Source: an uncultured Actinomycetota bacterium
GTDB taxonomy: Bacteria > Actinomycetota > Actinomycetes > JAHEKZ01
DNA: 64,000 nucleotides
NCBI GenBank assembly: GCA_963743915.1
Contig: CAVURN010000003.1
Span: forward strand, 288,001-352,000
Direction: 5' to 3'
How positions within the stretch are numbered: position 1 is the first letter of the stretch; the number at the start of each line of letters is the position of its first letter. A program made the translations under genes and the position numbers. The notes under the pieces are model-generated. The model made no database searches and was not told the origin of the DNA. It saw nothing but the letters and a program-made list of their open reading frames with translations. Of the stretch, positions 19,406 through 29,567 are shown piece by piece.

Positions 19406-20796
19406 GTCCCACGACGTCCGGCACCGCGACCGTCGAGCCGGCGGCGGTCCGCACCCAGAGCCCACGGCGGCGGCGCGGTGCCGAGCTGGCGCTGCTCGTG
19501 CTTGCTTACGGCATCTCACTGGCCGCCTTCGTGCAGGTCGACCTCGTGCTGCTCGACGGGCTGAGCGACGACTTCACCACCTTCGCCATCGCCTTCGGAT
19601 CAGGCTTGCTGGTCGCCCACATCGCGTTGCGTCGGTTCGCGCCCTACGCCGATCCGGTGCTGCTGCCGGTGGTGTCGCTGCTGAACGGTCTGGGTCTCGC
19701 CATGATCCACCGTCTGGACCTCGCTCAGGACCGCACGCCGGCGAACCCGGACTACGTGGCCCAGATCGGTTGGTTCGTCCTGGCGGTGGGCCTGTTCGTC
19801 GCGGTCCTGCTGCTCGTGCGCGACCACCGCGTCCTTCAGCGCTACACCTACACCGCCATGCTCGTTGGACTGGTCCTGCTGATCCTGCCGCTGCTTCCGC
19901 TGCTCGGTGCCGAGATCAACGGGGCACGCATCTGGGTGCGCCTCGACCTCGGCGCCCGCACCTTCAGCTTCCAGCCGGCGGAGGTCGGAAAGATCGTCTT
20001 CATCGTCTTCTTCGCCGGCTACCTCGTCGTCAAGCGCGACGTGCTCGCTCTGGCGCGCAGCCGGGTCCTCGGCGTCGATCTCCCCCGCGGCCGCGACCTC
20101 GGCCCGATCCTGGTCGCCTGGGCGGCCTCCCTCGGAGTCCTGGTGTTCCAGCGCGACCTGGGCACGTCCCTGCTGTTCTTCGGCGTCTTCGTGGCCATGC
20201 TCTACATCGCGACGGAACGACGCTCGTGGATCATCATCGGCGGAGTCCTCTTCGCGAGTGGCGCGCTCATCGCGTACCAGCTCTTCGAACACGTGCGGCT
20301 GCGTGTCGGCATCTGGATCGACCCCTTCACCGACGAGGTGGGCGACGGGTACCAGATCGCGCAGAGCCTGTACGGCTTCGCGAGCGGGGGGGTGCTCGGT
20401 GTCGGGCTCGGTCAGGGTCACCCCGACTTCGTGCCTTTCGCCGAGACCGACTTCATCATGTCCGCCTTCGGCGAGGAGCTGGGGCTCACTGGCGTCATGG
20501 CGCTGCTGGTGCTGTACGCGATCGTCGTCGAACGCGGGCTGCGCACCGCGGTCGCCGTCCGGGACCCGTTCGGCAAGCTCCTGGCGGCTGGACTGTCAAC
20601 GGCTCTGGGCATCCAGGTGTTCGTCGTGGTGGGCGGCGTGATGAAGCTGATCCCGCTGACCGGCCTCACCACCCCCTTCCTCTCGTACGGTGGCTCGTCG
20701 CTGGTGGCCAACTGGGCGCTCGTCGCTCTGCTGCTGCGGGTGAGTGACGCCGCGCGGCGTCCGCCTGAGGCTGCGACCCGCGAGGTGGTGTCGTGA
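19402..20796 (+). CDS. rodA: SEDS family peptidoglycan glycosyltransferase RodA
   Basis: SFQPAEVGK, QRDLGT, TDFI...GEELG and IPLTGLTTPFLSYGGSS. Confidence 0.95.
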   Translation: MSPTTSGTATVEPAAVRTQSPRRRRGAELALLVLAYGISLAAFVQVDLVLLDGLSDDFTTFAIAFGSGLLVAHIALRRFAPYADPVLLPVVSLLNGLGLAMIHRLDLAQDRTPANPDYVAQIGWFVLAVGLFVAVLLLVRDHRVLQRYTYTAMLVGLVLLILPLLPLLGAEINGARIWVRLDLGARTFSFQPAEVGKIVFIVFFAGYLVVKRDVLALARSRVLGVDLPRGRDLGPILVAWAASLGVLVFQRDLGTSLLFFGVFVAMLYIATERRSWIIIGGVLFASGALIAYQLFEHVRLRVGIWIDPFTDEVGDGYQIAQSLYGFASGGVLGVGLGQGHPDFVPFAETDFIMSAFGEELGLTGVMALLVLYAIVVERGLRTAVAVRDPFGKLLAAGLSTALGIQVFVVVGGVMKLIPLTGLTTPFLSYGGSSLVANWALVALLLRVSDAARRPPEAATREVVS

Positions 20797-22232
20797 ACTC
20801 CACCATCCGTCGCACCGCCATCGCCCTGGGCTTCCTGATGCTCGCGCTCATGGTCAACGCCAACGTGCTCGCCGTCATCCAGAACGACGAGCTCCGAGCG
20901 CGCGACGGCAACCGGCGTCAGATCATCGACGAGTACGACCAACAGCGCGGCTCGCTACTGGTCGGGCGCAAGGCGGTGGCGAAGTCGGTGGCGACGGACG
21001 AGCGATTGCGCTACCTGCGCGTGTACTCCGACGGCCCGGTGTACGCACCGGTGACCGGCTACTACTCGGTCTATGGAGCGACGGGGATCGAGAAGGCGGA
21101 GAACACCTTGCTTTCCGGCAACGACGACCGGCTGTTCGTCGACCGGCTGACCACCCTGTTCTCCGGACAGCAGCCCCAGGGCGGCAACGTCGTCCTCACC
21201 CTCGACGCGGACGCGCAGCGGGCGGCCTTCAACGGACTGGCCGGCCAAGAGGGGGCCGTCGCGGCGATCGACCCGCGCAGCGGCGCGATCCTGGCGCTGG
21301 CGTCCTCGCCTTCCTTCGACCCGAACCTGCTGGCGTCGCACGACCCCACCGAGGTGAGCGACAGCTACGACAAGCTGCGCAAGGATCCGACCGACCCCCT
21401 GCTCAACCGCTCCATCCAGCAGGTCTACCCGCCGGGGTCGCTGTTCAAGGTGGTCGTGACCGCAGCGGCGCTGAGCAGCGGTGATTACACACCCGACACC
21501 GAGATCCCGGGCCCTGCGGTGCTCGACCTGCCGGAGACCTCGGCCACGATCAACAACTTCGACGACTCCCCGTGTCTGGACGGCGAGGTCACGCTCACGC
21601 AGGCGCTGGCGATCTCCTGCAACACGGCGTTCGCGCGCGTCGGGCTCGACCTCGGCGACAACGCCCTCCGCGAGCAGGCCGAGAAGTTCGGCTTCAACCG
21701 CGCCCTGGAGATTCCGCTGCCGGTGGTGCCGAGCGTGTACCCCGACGACCTCAACGCCCCCCAGACGGCCCAGAGCGCCATCGGCCAGTACGACGTCCGG
21801 GCGACCGCCCTGCAGATGGCGATGGTGGGGGCCGGGGTGGCCAACGACGGGGTGGTGATGAAGCCGTACCTGGTCGCCGAGGAGCAGGCCCCCGACCTGT
21901 CCGCGCTCTCCATCACCGAACCGGAACCATTGACCCGCGCTGTGTCGTCTGACGTTGCGGGAGAGCTGCGCGACATGATGGTGACGGTCGTCACCAGTGG
22001 CACCGGGGGCAGCGCGGCGATTCCCGGCGTCAGCGTGGGTGGCAAGACCGGGACCGCGCAGGACGGAAACCGCCCGCCCCACGTGTGGTTCATGGCCTTC
22101 GCCCCCGCGGAGGATCCCCAGGTGGCGGTGGCGGTGATCGTCGAGAACGGCGGTCGACTCGGAGAAGACGCGACGGGTGGGGCAGTGGCAGGTCCCATCG
22201 CGCGAGATGTCATGGAGGCGGTGCTGCAGTGA
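20793..22232 (+). CDS. pbpA: Class B penicillin-binding protein PbpA
   Basis: PGSLFK (SxxK), SCN (SxN) and KTGTAQ motifs. Confidence 0.95.
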   Translation: MNSTIRRTAIALGFLMLALMVNANVLAVIQNDELRARDGNRRQIIDEYDQQRGSLLVGRKAVAKSVATDERLRYLRVYSDGPVYAPVTGYYSVYGATGIEKAENTLLSGNDDRLFVDRLTTLFSGQQPQGGNVVLTLDADAQRAAFNGLAGQEGAVAAIDPRSGAILALASSPSFDPNLLASHDPTEVSDSYDKLRKDPTDPLLNRSIQQVYPPGSLFKVVVTAAALSSGDYTPDTEIPGPAVLDLPETSATINNFDDSPCLDGEVTLTQALAISCNTAFARVGLDLGDNALREQAEKFGFNRALEIPLPVVPSVYPDDLNAPQTAQSAIGQYDVRATALQMAMVGAGVANDGVVMKPYLVAEEQAPDLSALSITEPEPLTRAVSSDVAGELRDMMVTVVTSGTGGSAAIPGVSVGGKTGTAQDGNRPPHVWFMAFAPAEDPQVAVAVIVENGGRLGEDATGGAVAGPIARDVMEAVLQ

Positions 22233-23929
22233 GCGGCGACAGGACGAACGGGACGCTCGGCGGGCGCTACGAGCTCGGCGAACTGCTCGGGCACGGAGGC
22301 ATGGCCGACGTCCGCAAGGCGCGTGACCTGAGGCTCGGTCGCACGGTCGCGGTGAAGATGCTGCGGACCGACCTGGCCAAGGACGCCACGTTCCAGGCCC
22401 GCTTCCGGCGAGAGGCGCAGTCCGCCGCTGCCCTCAACGCCCCCTCGGTCGTCGCGGTCTATGACACCGGGGAGGACGAGCTCGAGGGCGTCCGCGTCCC
22501 CTACATCGTCATGGAGTACGTCGAGGGTCAGACGCTTCGCGAGCTGCTCCGCACCGGTGAGCGGCTCATGCCCAACCGCGCTCTCGAGATCACCGCTGGC
22601 GTCCTCACCGCGCTCGAGTACAGCCACCAGCAGGGGATCATCCACCGGGACATCAAGCCGGCCAACGTCATGCTCGCGAAGAACGGCGATGTCAAGGTGA
22701 TGGACTTCGGCATAGCCCGTGCTGTCGCCGATAGCGGCGCCACCATGACGCAGACCGCCAACGTCCTCGGAACAGCCCAGTACCTCTCGCCCGAGCAGGC
22801 GCGTGGTGAGACGGTCGACGCACGCTCCGACGTCTACTCCGCCGGCTGCCTGCTCTACGAGCTGCTCACGGGGCGTCCCCCGTTCCAGGGCGAGTCACCC
22901 GTCGCTGTCGCGTACCAGCACGTGCGTGAGAACCCGGCGCCCCCGTCGACGATCACCCGCGACATCGGCCCCGAGGCCGACGCGATCGTGATGAAGGCGC
23001 TGACCAAGAATCCCCAGAACCGCTACCAGTCCGCGCGGGAGATGCGCAGCGACATCCAGCGCGCGATCCAGGGCGCCACGGTCTCGGCTCCGCCGGTGCT
23101 CGCCGAACCGCCCACGCAGGCGCTGACCGCCGTCACCGAGCCCCCTGAGGAGGAGAAGACGCGCAAGGGCGGCTACCTGGCCCTCATCATCGGCGTCGTC
23201 CTCGCGCTCGCGCTGCTCGGCGTCGGTGCCTGGGCCCTGCTCGGTGGTGACAAGAATCTGGTCGCCGTCCCCAACGTCGTGGATCTCTCCCTCAAGAAGG
23301 CGACGGTGGCGATCGAGGACGCCGGCTTCGTCGTGGGCGACGTGGAGACCCAGACGAGCGACGCGAAGCAGAACACCGTCCTCAGCCAGAGCCCCACCGG
23401 AGACTCCGAGGCCGAGGAGGGGAGCGCCATCGACCTCGTCATCTCCAAGGGACCGGAGCAGGTCGAGGTGCCACTGCTGGAGGGATTCACCGAGACAGAG
23501 GCGATCGAGCGCATCCGCGACGCCGACCTGCTCTACGCCGGCTCCGAGGACGTCCCGTCCGACCAACCCGCGGGTACCGTGGTGGGGTCCGACCCGTCGC
23601 AGGGAACCCTCGTCGACGTCGGATCCGACGTCACGCTGCAGGTGAGCAACGGCGAGGTCGAGGTGCCGAGCGTCATCGGCGACACGGAGGCTGAAGCTCG
23701 GGCCAAGCTCGGGGCGGCCGGCTTCAACGTGACCGTCGTCTACGAGCAGACCGACACCGAGGACCCCGGCATCGTGCTCGAACAGTCACCAGCGGCCGGG
23801 GACACCGCCCGCCTCGCGACGACCGTGCTGCTGACGGTGTCCGAGGCGGCCCCGACCCCGACCCCGACCCCGTCACCGAGCCCCAGTGACACCAAGACCA
23901 ACAACGGCATCGGCAACGGGAGCGACTGA
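22229..23929 (+). CDS. pknB: PASTA-domain Ser/Thr kinase PknB
   Basis: GHGGMADV, VAVK, HRDIKPAN, DFGIA, GTAQYLSPEQARG; TM followed by three PASTA repeats. Confidence 0.96.
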   Translation: MSGDRTNGTLGGRYELGELLGHGGMADVRKARDLRLGRTVAVKMLRTDLAKDATFQARFRREAQSAAALNAPSVVAVYDTGEDELEGVRVPYIVMEYVEGQTLRELLRTGERLMPNRALEITAGVLTALEYSHQQGIIHRDIKPANVMLAKNGDVKVMDFGIARAVADSGATMTQTANVLGTAQYLSPEQARGETVDARSDVYSAGCLLYELLTGRPPFQGESPVAVAYQHVRENPAPPSTITRDIGPEADAIVMKALTKNPQNRYQSAREMRSDIQRAIQGATVSAPPVLAEPPTQALTAVTEPPEEEKTRKGGYLALIIGVVLALALLGVGAWALLGGDKNLVAVPNVVDLSLKKATVAIEDAGFVVGDVETQTSDAKQNTVLSQSPTGDSEAEEGSAIDLVISKGPEQVEVPLLEGFTETEAIERIRDADLLYAGSEDVPSDQPAGTVVGSDPSQGTLVDVGSDVTLQVSNGEVEVPSVIGDTEAEARAKLGAAGFNVTVVYEQTDTEDPGIVLEQSPAAGDTARLATTVLLTVSEAAPTPTPTPSPSPSDTKTNNGIGNGSD

Positions 23930-23936
23930 CGCCGCA

Positions 23937-24073
23937 CCCTCAATGGGTGCGGTGTGACACCGATACCGTTGATTGCAGGTATGGCAACACCCATCGGCGA
24001 GGCCTCGAAGTCATGGGAACGGCGATCCCTTCGATCAATGAAGGCGGTGTCACACCGCACCCATACGTGAGGG
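23937..24073. repeat. Long inverted-repeat element (about 130 bp) with perfect 20-bp arms
   Basis: ATGGGTGCGGTGTGACACCG (23943-23962) and its reverse complement (24045-24064); imperfect pairing continues inside and outside. Confidence 0.8.
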
Positions 24074-24088
24074 GCGACCGGTCGCCCG

Positions 24089-24718
24089 CTAGCCAGCGGT
24101 CGCGACCACCGGTGCCAGGCCCGCAGAGCGTTCGACTGCCGCGGCGTCGCCGCAGACGGTCAACCAGTTGGCGAGGATCCGGTGGCCGCCCTCGGTCAGC
24201 ACCGACTCCGGATGGAACTGCACCCCCTCGACGGCGAGGGAGTGGTGCTTCATCGCCATGATCACGCCGGACGCCGTGCGTCCCGTGACGTCCCACTCGG
24301 GCGGGACGGTGTCGGCATCGACGGCGAGCGAGTGGTAGCGGGTCGCGGTGAAGGGGTTCGGCAGCCCGGCCAGGACTCCGGCACCGTCGTGCTCGACGAG
24401 GCTCGTCTTGCCGTGCAGCAGCTCAGGTGCACGTCCGACGGTCGCCCCATACGCCACGGCCATGGCCTGCAGCCCCAGGCACACGCCGAAGATCGGCACC
24501 TGCCCGGCCAGGCGGCGCACCAGGGGGACGCACACGCCGGCGTCCTCCGGGACACCCGGACCAGGGCTCAACAGGATTCCGTCGTACCCGGCGGCAGCAT
24601 CGAGGTCGACCTCGTCGTTGCGCAGCACCGTGCACGACGCGCCGAGCTGCGCCAGGTACTGCACGAGGTTGTAGACGAACGAGTCGTAGTTGTCGACGAC
24701 GAGCACCCGGGCGACCAC
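24089..24718 (-). CDS. trpG: Anthranilate/aminodeoxychorismate synthase component II (glutamine amidotransferase)
   Basis: VDNYDSF, SPGPG, GVCLG, TRYHSL and QFHPES. Confidence 0.95.
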   Translation of the reverse strand: MVARVLVVDNYDSFVYNLVQYLAQLGASCTVLRNDEVDLDAAAGYDGILLSPGPGVPEDAGVCVPLVRRLAGQVPIFGVCLGLQAMAVAYGATVGRAPELLHGKTSLVEHDGAGVLAGLPNPFTATRYHSLAVDADTVPPEWDVTGRTASGVIMAMKHHSLAVEGVQFHPESVLTEGGHRILANWLTVCGDAAAVERSAGLAPVVATAG

Positions 24719-24732
24719 GTGAGCCAGCCTAG

Positions 24733-24903
24733 CTATCCCGATGGAGTGGGCTCGACCGTGACCTCGGTGAACGGCAGGCGAGGCTCGACCCAGGGGAACA
24801 CCCACCCGAAGAGCAGCACGACGACGACGGCCAGCAGCGCCAGGGCGACCAGCAGCTTCACGCCGACCGGTCCGGGCAGACGCCGCCAGATCCACGCGTA
24901 CAT
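24733..24903 (-). CDS. Small membrane protein of the sortase/trpG locus
   Basis: MYAWIWRRLPGPVGVK...LFGWVFPW; coupled to the sortase stop (TGATG). Confidence 0.75.
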   Translation of the reverse strand: MYAWIWRRLPGPVGVKLLVALALLAVVVVLLFGWVFPWVEPRLPFTEVTVEPTPSG

Positions 24904-25575
24904 CAGGCACCACCCCCCAGGGCCGCTGGACGCCCCTCGCCCTTGGGCACCGTCTCGGTCAGGGTGGCGTGAAAGATCAGTCGCTCGTACGACGCCCAGC
25001 GGGGGTTGCACGTCGTCAGGGTCATCAACGCCTTGTTCGGCTCGGCGCTCGGGTCGTTGGGAACGGGCAGGATCACCCCGACCTGGGTTGGCGGGACGAT
25101 GTACTCCTTGGTGACGGTGTAGGTGTACCAGTTGGTACGCGTCTCGACGATGACCGCGTCACCGTTGCGCAGCTGGTCGAGCGAGGCGAACGGCTCGCCG
25201 TTGGTGGCCCGGTGGCCGGCGACCGCGAAGTTGCCGATCCGGCCTGGTAGCGCGGTCGCCGGGTAGTGACCGACACCGGCGGCGAGGTCCTGCCAGCCGG
25301 ACACCCTGCACGATCGGTACCTGGAAGTCGTCGCCCAGGCGGGGGATGTACAGCAGGGCGAACGCCTCGCCTCTCGGCAGCGGCCGCTCGAACTCCGGTG
25401 CGGTGCGGGGCTCACGCTCCCACGTCTCGATCAGGCCGTCGGTCTTGGCCTCGGCGGCCCGGTCGGCCTGCAGGTTGGTCCACACCAGCTGGTAGACGAG
25501 GAAGAGCAGCACGAGCACCCCGGCAGTGATGAGCACCTCGCCGACCACCCCGGTGGTCCGACGGACCACGCTCAC
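24903..25575 (-). CDS. Class E sortase (frameshift near 25300)
   Basis: N-terminal TM; GHYP..GNFAVAGHRAT; LTTCNPRWASYER (His/Cys/Arg triad). Confidence 0.9.
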
Positions 25576-26292
25576 GGGCCGACCTGCGCGTACCGCATCG
25601 TCAGCGTGCCGTCGTAGGGGGGCACGGTCACCGCGTCACGCGTCGTCGACGGTGTACCCGAGCCCGATCAGGTCGGCGTAGCGCCGGTAGAGCGCCACCT
25701 GCGGGGACGCCTCGAGGGCACGCTGCAGACGATCGGCAGGACCCACGGCCGTCACGGTATAGGGCGGTGCGTAGACGCGGCCGTGCAGGAGCAGCGTGTT
25801 GCCGACGCAGCGCACGGCACTGGTGCCCACGATGCGCTGGTCCATCACCGCGACCGCCTCGGCGCCTCCCGCCCACAGCGCGTTCACCACAGCCTGCACA
25901 TCCTGCTCGTGCACGACGAAGTCGTCGGCGGTGTAGCCCACAGGCACGCCGGACGCCGGGATGGGGGCGTCCTGAAGCTCGACGACGAGCCCCGGTCCCT
26001 TCACCTCGGAGACGAGGTGCTCGAGGGACCGGTCGCCCGGCGCGGGCGCCTTCTGTGCGGCCACGGCCTCGACCTCTGCGCGGAGGTCGTTCACCTGGGT
26101 CGTGACGGCGTCGAGCCGTTGCTGCTCGACCCGGATGAGGTCGACCAGGTCGGTACGGCGTTCGGCCCGGACGTCGGTCCCTGAGGCCAGCCGGGCCGAC
26201 GTCGCGAGCAGCAGGCCGATGACCAGCAGCAGCGCCGGCACGAGTGCGCGCCACACGACCGAAGACCTCACAGCAACTACGCTACGGGGCAT
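25572..26292 (-). CDS. DUF881 domain protein (frameshift near 25640)
   Basis: VKGPGLVVEL, VVHEQDVQAVVNALWAGGAEA and AVRCVGNTLLLHGRVY; tail VTVPPYDGTLTMRYA in the next frame. Confidence 0.88.
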
Positions 26293-26338
26293 ACCTGCGC
26301 CGCCCGGACCGACGGGGGCGATCGAAGGAGGGGTGGAC

Positions 26339-26593
26339 GTGCCCAAGTCACGGTCGCGCAAGAAGAGCGACTACACCGCACCGAAGGCGTCTCGGGCGTC
26401 CGGCCCGGGCAGCAGCGGCCGGTGGGTGGCGCCGACGATGATCGCTCTGCTCGTGGTGGGGCTCGCATGGGTCGTCCTCTACTACGTGGCGTCGTCGTCC
26501 ATCGGCTTCATCGGCGACCTGGGGGCCTGGAACGTGCTGATCGGGTTCGGCTTCATGTTCGCCGGGCTGATGGTGGCCACCCGCTGGAAGTAG
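26339..26593 (+). CDS. crgA: Cell division protein CrgA
   Basis: MPKSRSRKK...GLAWVVLYY...LGAWNVLIGFG...TRWK. Confidence 0.93.
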   Translation: MPKSRSRKKSDYTAPKASRASGPGSSGRWVAPTMIALLVVGLAWVVLYYVASSSIGFIGDLGAWNVLIGFGFMFAGLMVATRWK

Positions 26594-26617
26594 GCGCCAA
26601 ATCACATCGGTGGAATT

Positions 26618-26649
26618 ACGTCCACAGTGGGGACAACTCCTGTGGACGC
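26618..26649. promoter_or_regulatory. Cluster of three DnaA-box-like sites downstream of crgA
   Basis: ACGTCCACA, TGGGGACAA (reverse complement TTGTCCCCA, also found in oriC) and TGTGGACGC. Confidence 0.6.
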
Positions 26650-26668
26650 CGACCCGTGGGGAGCGCTC

Positions 26669-28026
26669 ATGCCGGACCAGCCCGAACCCGCGCCGGCTGA
26701 CTACGGCCCTGCTGGAGACCGCCCGGAGCTGGGCCCTGGCCTGGCAGCGGCAGCGACGCGTCCCGGGCATGGCCCTGGTCGTCACCGACCGCAGCCGCAC
26801 CCTGCTGGCGGAGGTGTCCGGGATCGCCGACCGCGGGGGGATGCGTCCGGCCAGAGATGACCAGCGCTGGCAGATCGGCTCGATCTCCAAGGCGTTCACC
26901 AGCATCGCCGTGCTGCAGCTGCAGACACAGGGTCGGCTGTCGGTGCAGGACGCGGTGCTCGATCACCTGCCCTGGGCGTCCCACCTGCATCCCGACCTCA
27001 CCCTGCACCACCTCATGTCCCACACCGGCGGACTCCCCAACGGCAGCGAGTGGACGCCGGACTCGTTGCTGGAGTCGGCGGTGCAGGGGACGGTGGGCAC
27101 CCCCCAGCCTCCCGGCCGTCGCTACCACTACTCCAACCCCGGGTACGAGCTGCTCGGGGACGTCGTGGAGACCGTGACGGGTCAGCCGCTGGAGGAGTAC
27201 CTGGAGCAGCAGGTGATGCGGCCGCTCGGCATGAGCGCGTCCTCCGGCCTCGATCCTCGGCGAGGACCGAGACCGTGACGTCCGTGGCCATCGACCGCCG
27301 CGGGACGACGTCCTCTGGCGCGGGGAGGGCGAACAGGTACCCGATGCCTTCTTCCCCAGCTGCACCGCGGACGGCGCGATCGTGGCCACTCCTGACGACA
27401 TGGCCGTCTACCTCCGCTTCCTGCTCGCTGGTGCTGCGGACGGTGTCCTCGACGCCGACGGGTTCGCGCTGCTGTCCGCGCGCCACGTCGCGGCCGACGG
27501 AGGCTGGTACGGCTACGGCCTCCGCATCGAGGAGACGGGCGGACGCGTCGTGCTCGGGCACGGCGGCGGGATGGTCGGCATGTTCGCCGACGTGCAGGTC
27601 GACCGCGAGCGCGGCATCGGCACCTGCATGTTGGTCAACGGCCACTGCGACGTGTGGGAGGCGAACGGCTACCTGCTCGGGATGCTGTCCGGCGTCGAGG
27701 TCACCGCACTGCCCTGGCCGCCCTCCGATCCCGCCGATGAGACGACCGACGACGCGCGACACGCGCCCTTCGTGGGGCTCTACCGGTCGTACAACCCGTG
27801 GATGCCCACCCTGCGCGTCTTCGGCAGCAGCGAGGGCCTGCGCCTGGTCGACCCCGTCGCCGGTGAGGCGACCACACTGCACGCGGTGTCGGGGACGAGG
27901 TTCCACGTGGGTCATCCGGACTCGCCGGACATCGTCGAGTTCGATGTCGAGGTCGACGGCCGCTACCAGCGCCTAGAGGTGTCGGGCTGCGTCTACGGCA
28001 GGGCCCGACGCGACCCCACCCGGTAG
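26669..28026 (+). CDS. Serine hydrolase, beta-lactamase/AmpC-like family (frameshifted)
   Basis: IGSISK (SxxK), LMSHTGG, YHYSN and GHGGG motifs over several frames. Confidence 0.82.
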
Positions 28027-28950
28027 TGGTGCCGGCAACGCAGCCGCCCCGATCACGGTGAGGTCGTCCAGGCAGGACCGCGAGATGGAGGCGCCGTCGA
28101 CGCAGGCGTCGATCTCGGCGCTCCGGGAGACGGAGACGCCCGCGCAGACGAGGAGCACCAGCACCGAGGCTCCGATCGACACCGCGAGCCGGCTGCGCTG
28201 CGGTGAATAGACCATGGCCGCGGTGAGCAGGGTGCCCACCAGCAGCCCGCCCAGGTGCGCTCTCCAGTTGATGTTGAATCCGGGCACGAACCCGATGACG
28301 ACGTTGATCGCAATGATCGCGATGAGGCCACCCACGTCGAACCGCAGCCGGAGCATCAGCACGAACAGGGCGCCGAACAGGCCGAACACCGCCCCGGACG
28401 CCCCCACCGACGTCTGCAGCGGCGAGTCGACGGCGTAGGACAGCACCGACCCGCCGAGAGCGCTCAGCAGGTAGACGACGAGGTAGCGCCACCGTCCCAG
28501 GCGTGACTCCACCGCGCCACCGACCAACCACAGCGCCAGCATGTTGAGCGCAAGGTGCATGAGGCCGGCGTGCAGGAAGGCAGCAGTGATCAAGCGGTAC
28601 CACTCGTCGAAGACAGCGACCGCGACGCCGTTCATCGCGAAGTCCGTGGTCAGCGCGTCATCGGTGACGTACTGCAGCACGAAGAATCCGACGTTGAGCG
28701 CGACCAGGATCTTGGTCACCAGGACGGGATCGCGGTGGATCGCGCCGCCCGCGAGCGTGCGCGCCTCACGGACCGACGCGTTGCCCTCGCGGACGCAGTC
28801 CGGGCACTGGAACCCGACGGGCGCGCTCACCATGCAGTCCGGACAGATCGGTCGCTCGCAGCGCGTGCACCGGATGTGACTCTCGCGCTCCGGGTGCCGG
28901 TAGCAGGTGGGTGGCGCCGACGGGGGATCGGTCGAGAGCTCTTCGCTCAT
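27973..28950 (-). CDS. Rhomboid intramembrane serine protease with N-terminal zinc finger
   Basis: CYRHP..CTRCERPICPDC..CPDC; WYRL, HLALNM, GASGAVFG and AHLGG. Confidence 0.94.
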   Translation of the reverse strand: MSEELSTDPPSAPPTCYRHPERESHIRCTRCERPICPDCMVSAPVGFQCPDCVREGNASVREARTLAGGAIHRDPVLVTKILVALNVGFFVLQYVTDDALTTDFAMNGVAVAVFDEWYRLITAAFLHAGLMHLALNMLALWLVGGAVESRLGRWRYLVVYLLSALGGSVLSYAVDSPLQTSVGASGAVFGLFGALFVLMLRLRFDVGGLIAIIAINVVIGFVPGFNINWRAHLGGLLVGTLLTAAMVYSPQRSRLAVSIGASVLVLLVCAGVSVSRSAEIDACVDGASISRSCLDDLTVIGAAALPAPLPGGVASGPAVDAARHL

Positions 28951-28959
28951 GTCGAGCGG

Positions 28960-29490
28960 TCAGGCTCCGACGCGCTCGATGGTGACGGACTCGATGACCA
29001 CCGGGTCGACCGGACGGTCCTGCGCGGCCGTCGGCGTCGCCGCGATGGCGTCGACCACGGCACGCGAGTCGGCATCCGCCACCTCGCCGAAGATCGTGTG
29101 CTTGAAGTTGAGCCAGTCCGTCTTGCCGACGGTGATGAAGAACTGCGACCCGTTGGTACCGGGACCGGCGTTGGCCATGGCCAGCAGGTAGGGCTTGCTG
29201 AAGGTCAGCTCGGGGTGGAACTCGTCGCCGAACTTGTAGCCGGGACCACCGGTGCCGGTGCCCAGGGGGTCACCGCCCTGGATCATGAAGCCGCTGATCA
29301 CCCGGTGGAACGTCGTGCCGTCGTAGAGCTTGGCCGTGCTCTTCTCGCCAGTGCCCGGATGCGTCCACTCCCGGGTGCCCTCGGCGAGCTCGACGAAGTT
29401 GGCGACCGTCTTGGGCGCGTGATCCGGAAAGAGCTCGAGGCGGATCGCGCCACGGTTGGTGTTCAGGGTCGCGAAGAGCTGCTCAGCCAC
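28960..29490 (-). CDS. ppiA: Cyclophilin-type peptidyl-prolyl isomerase
   Basis: APKTVANF, FHRVISGFMIQGGDP and LAMANAGPGTNGSQFFIT. Confidence 0.96.
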   Translation of the reverse strand: MAEQLFATLNTNRGAIRLELFPDHAPKTVANFVELAEGTREWTHPGTGEKSTAKLYDGTTFHRVISGFMIQGGDPLGTGTGGPGYKFGDEFHPELTFSKPYLLAMANAGPGTNGSQFFITVGKTDWLNFKHTIFGEVADADSRAVVDAIAATPTAAQDRPVDPVVIESVTIERVGA

Positions 29491-29567
29491 AGAAAGGTTC
29501 CTTCGTCGAGGGGGCGTTCGGTCGATCCTCGCACACCGCGAAGACCCGCACCGTGTCAGGATCAGCC

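Noticed and set aside
23850-23886. CCGACC tandem repeats at the end of pknB
   Set aside because: They encode an ordinary Pro/Thr/Ser low-complexity tail, not an array.
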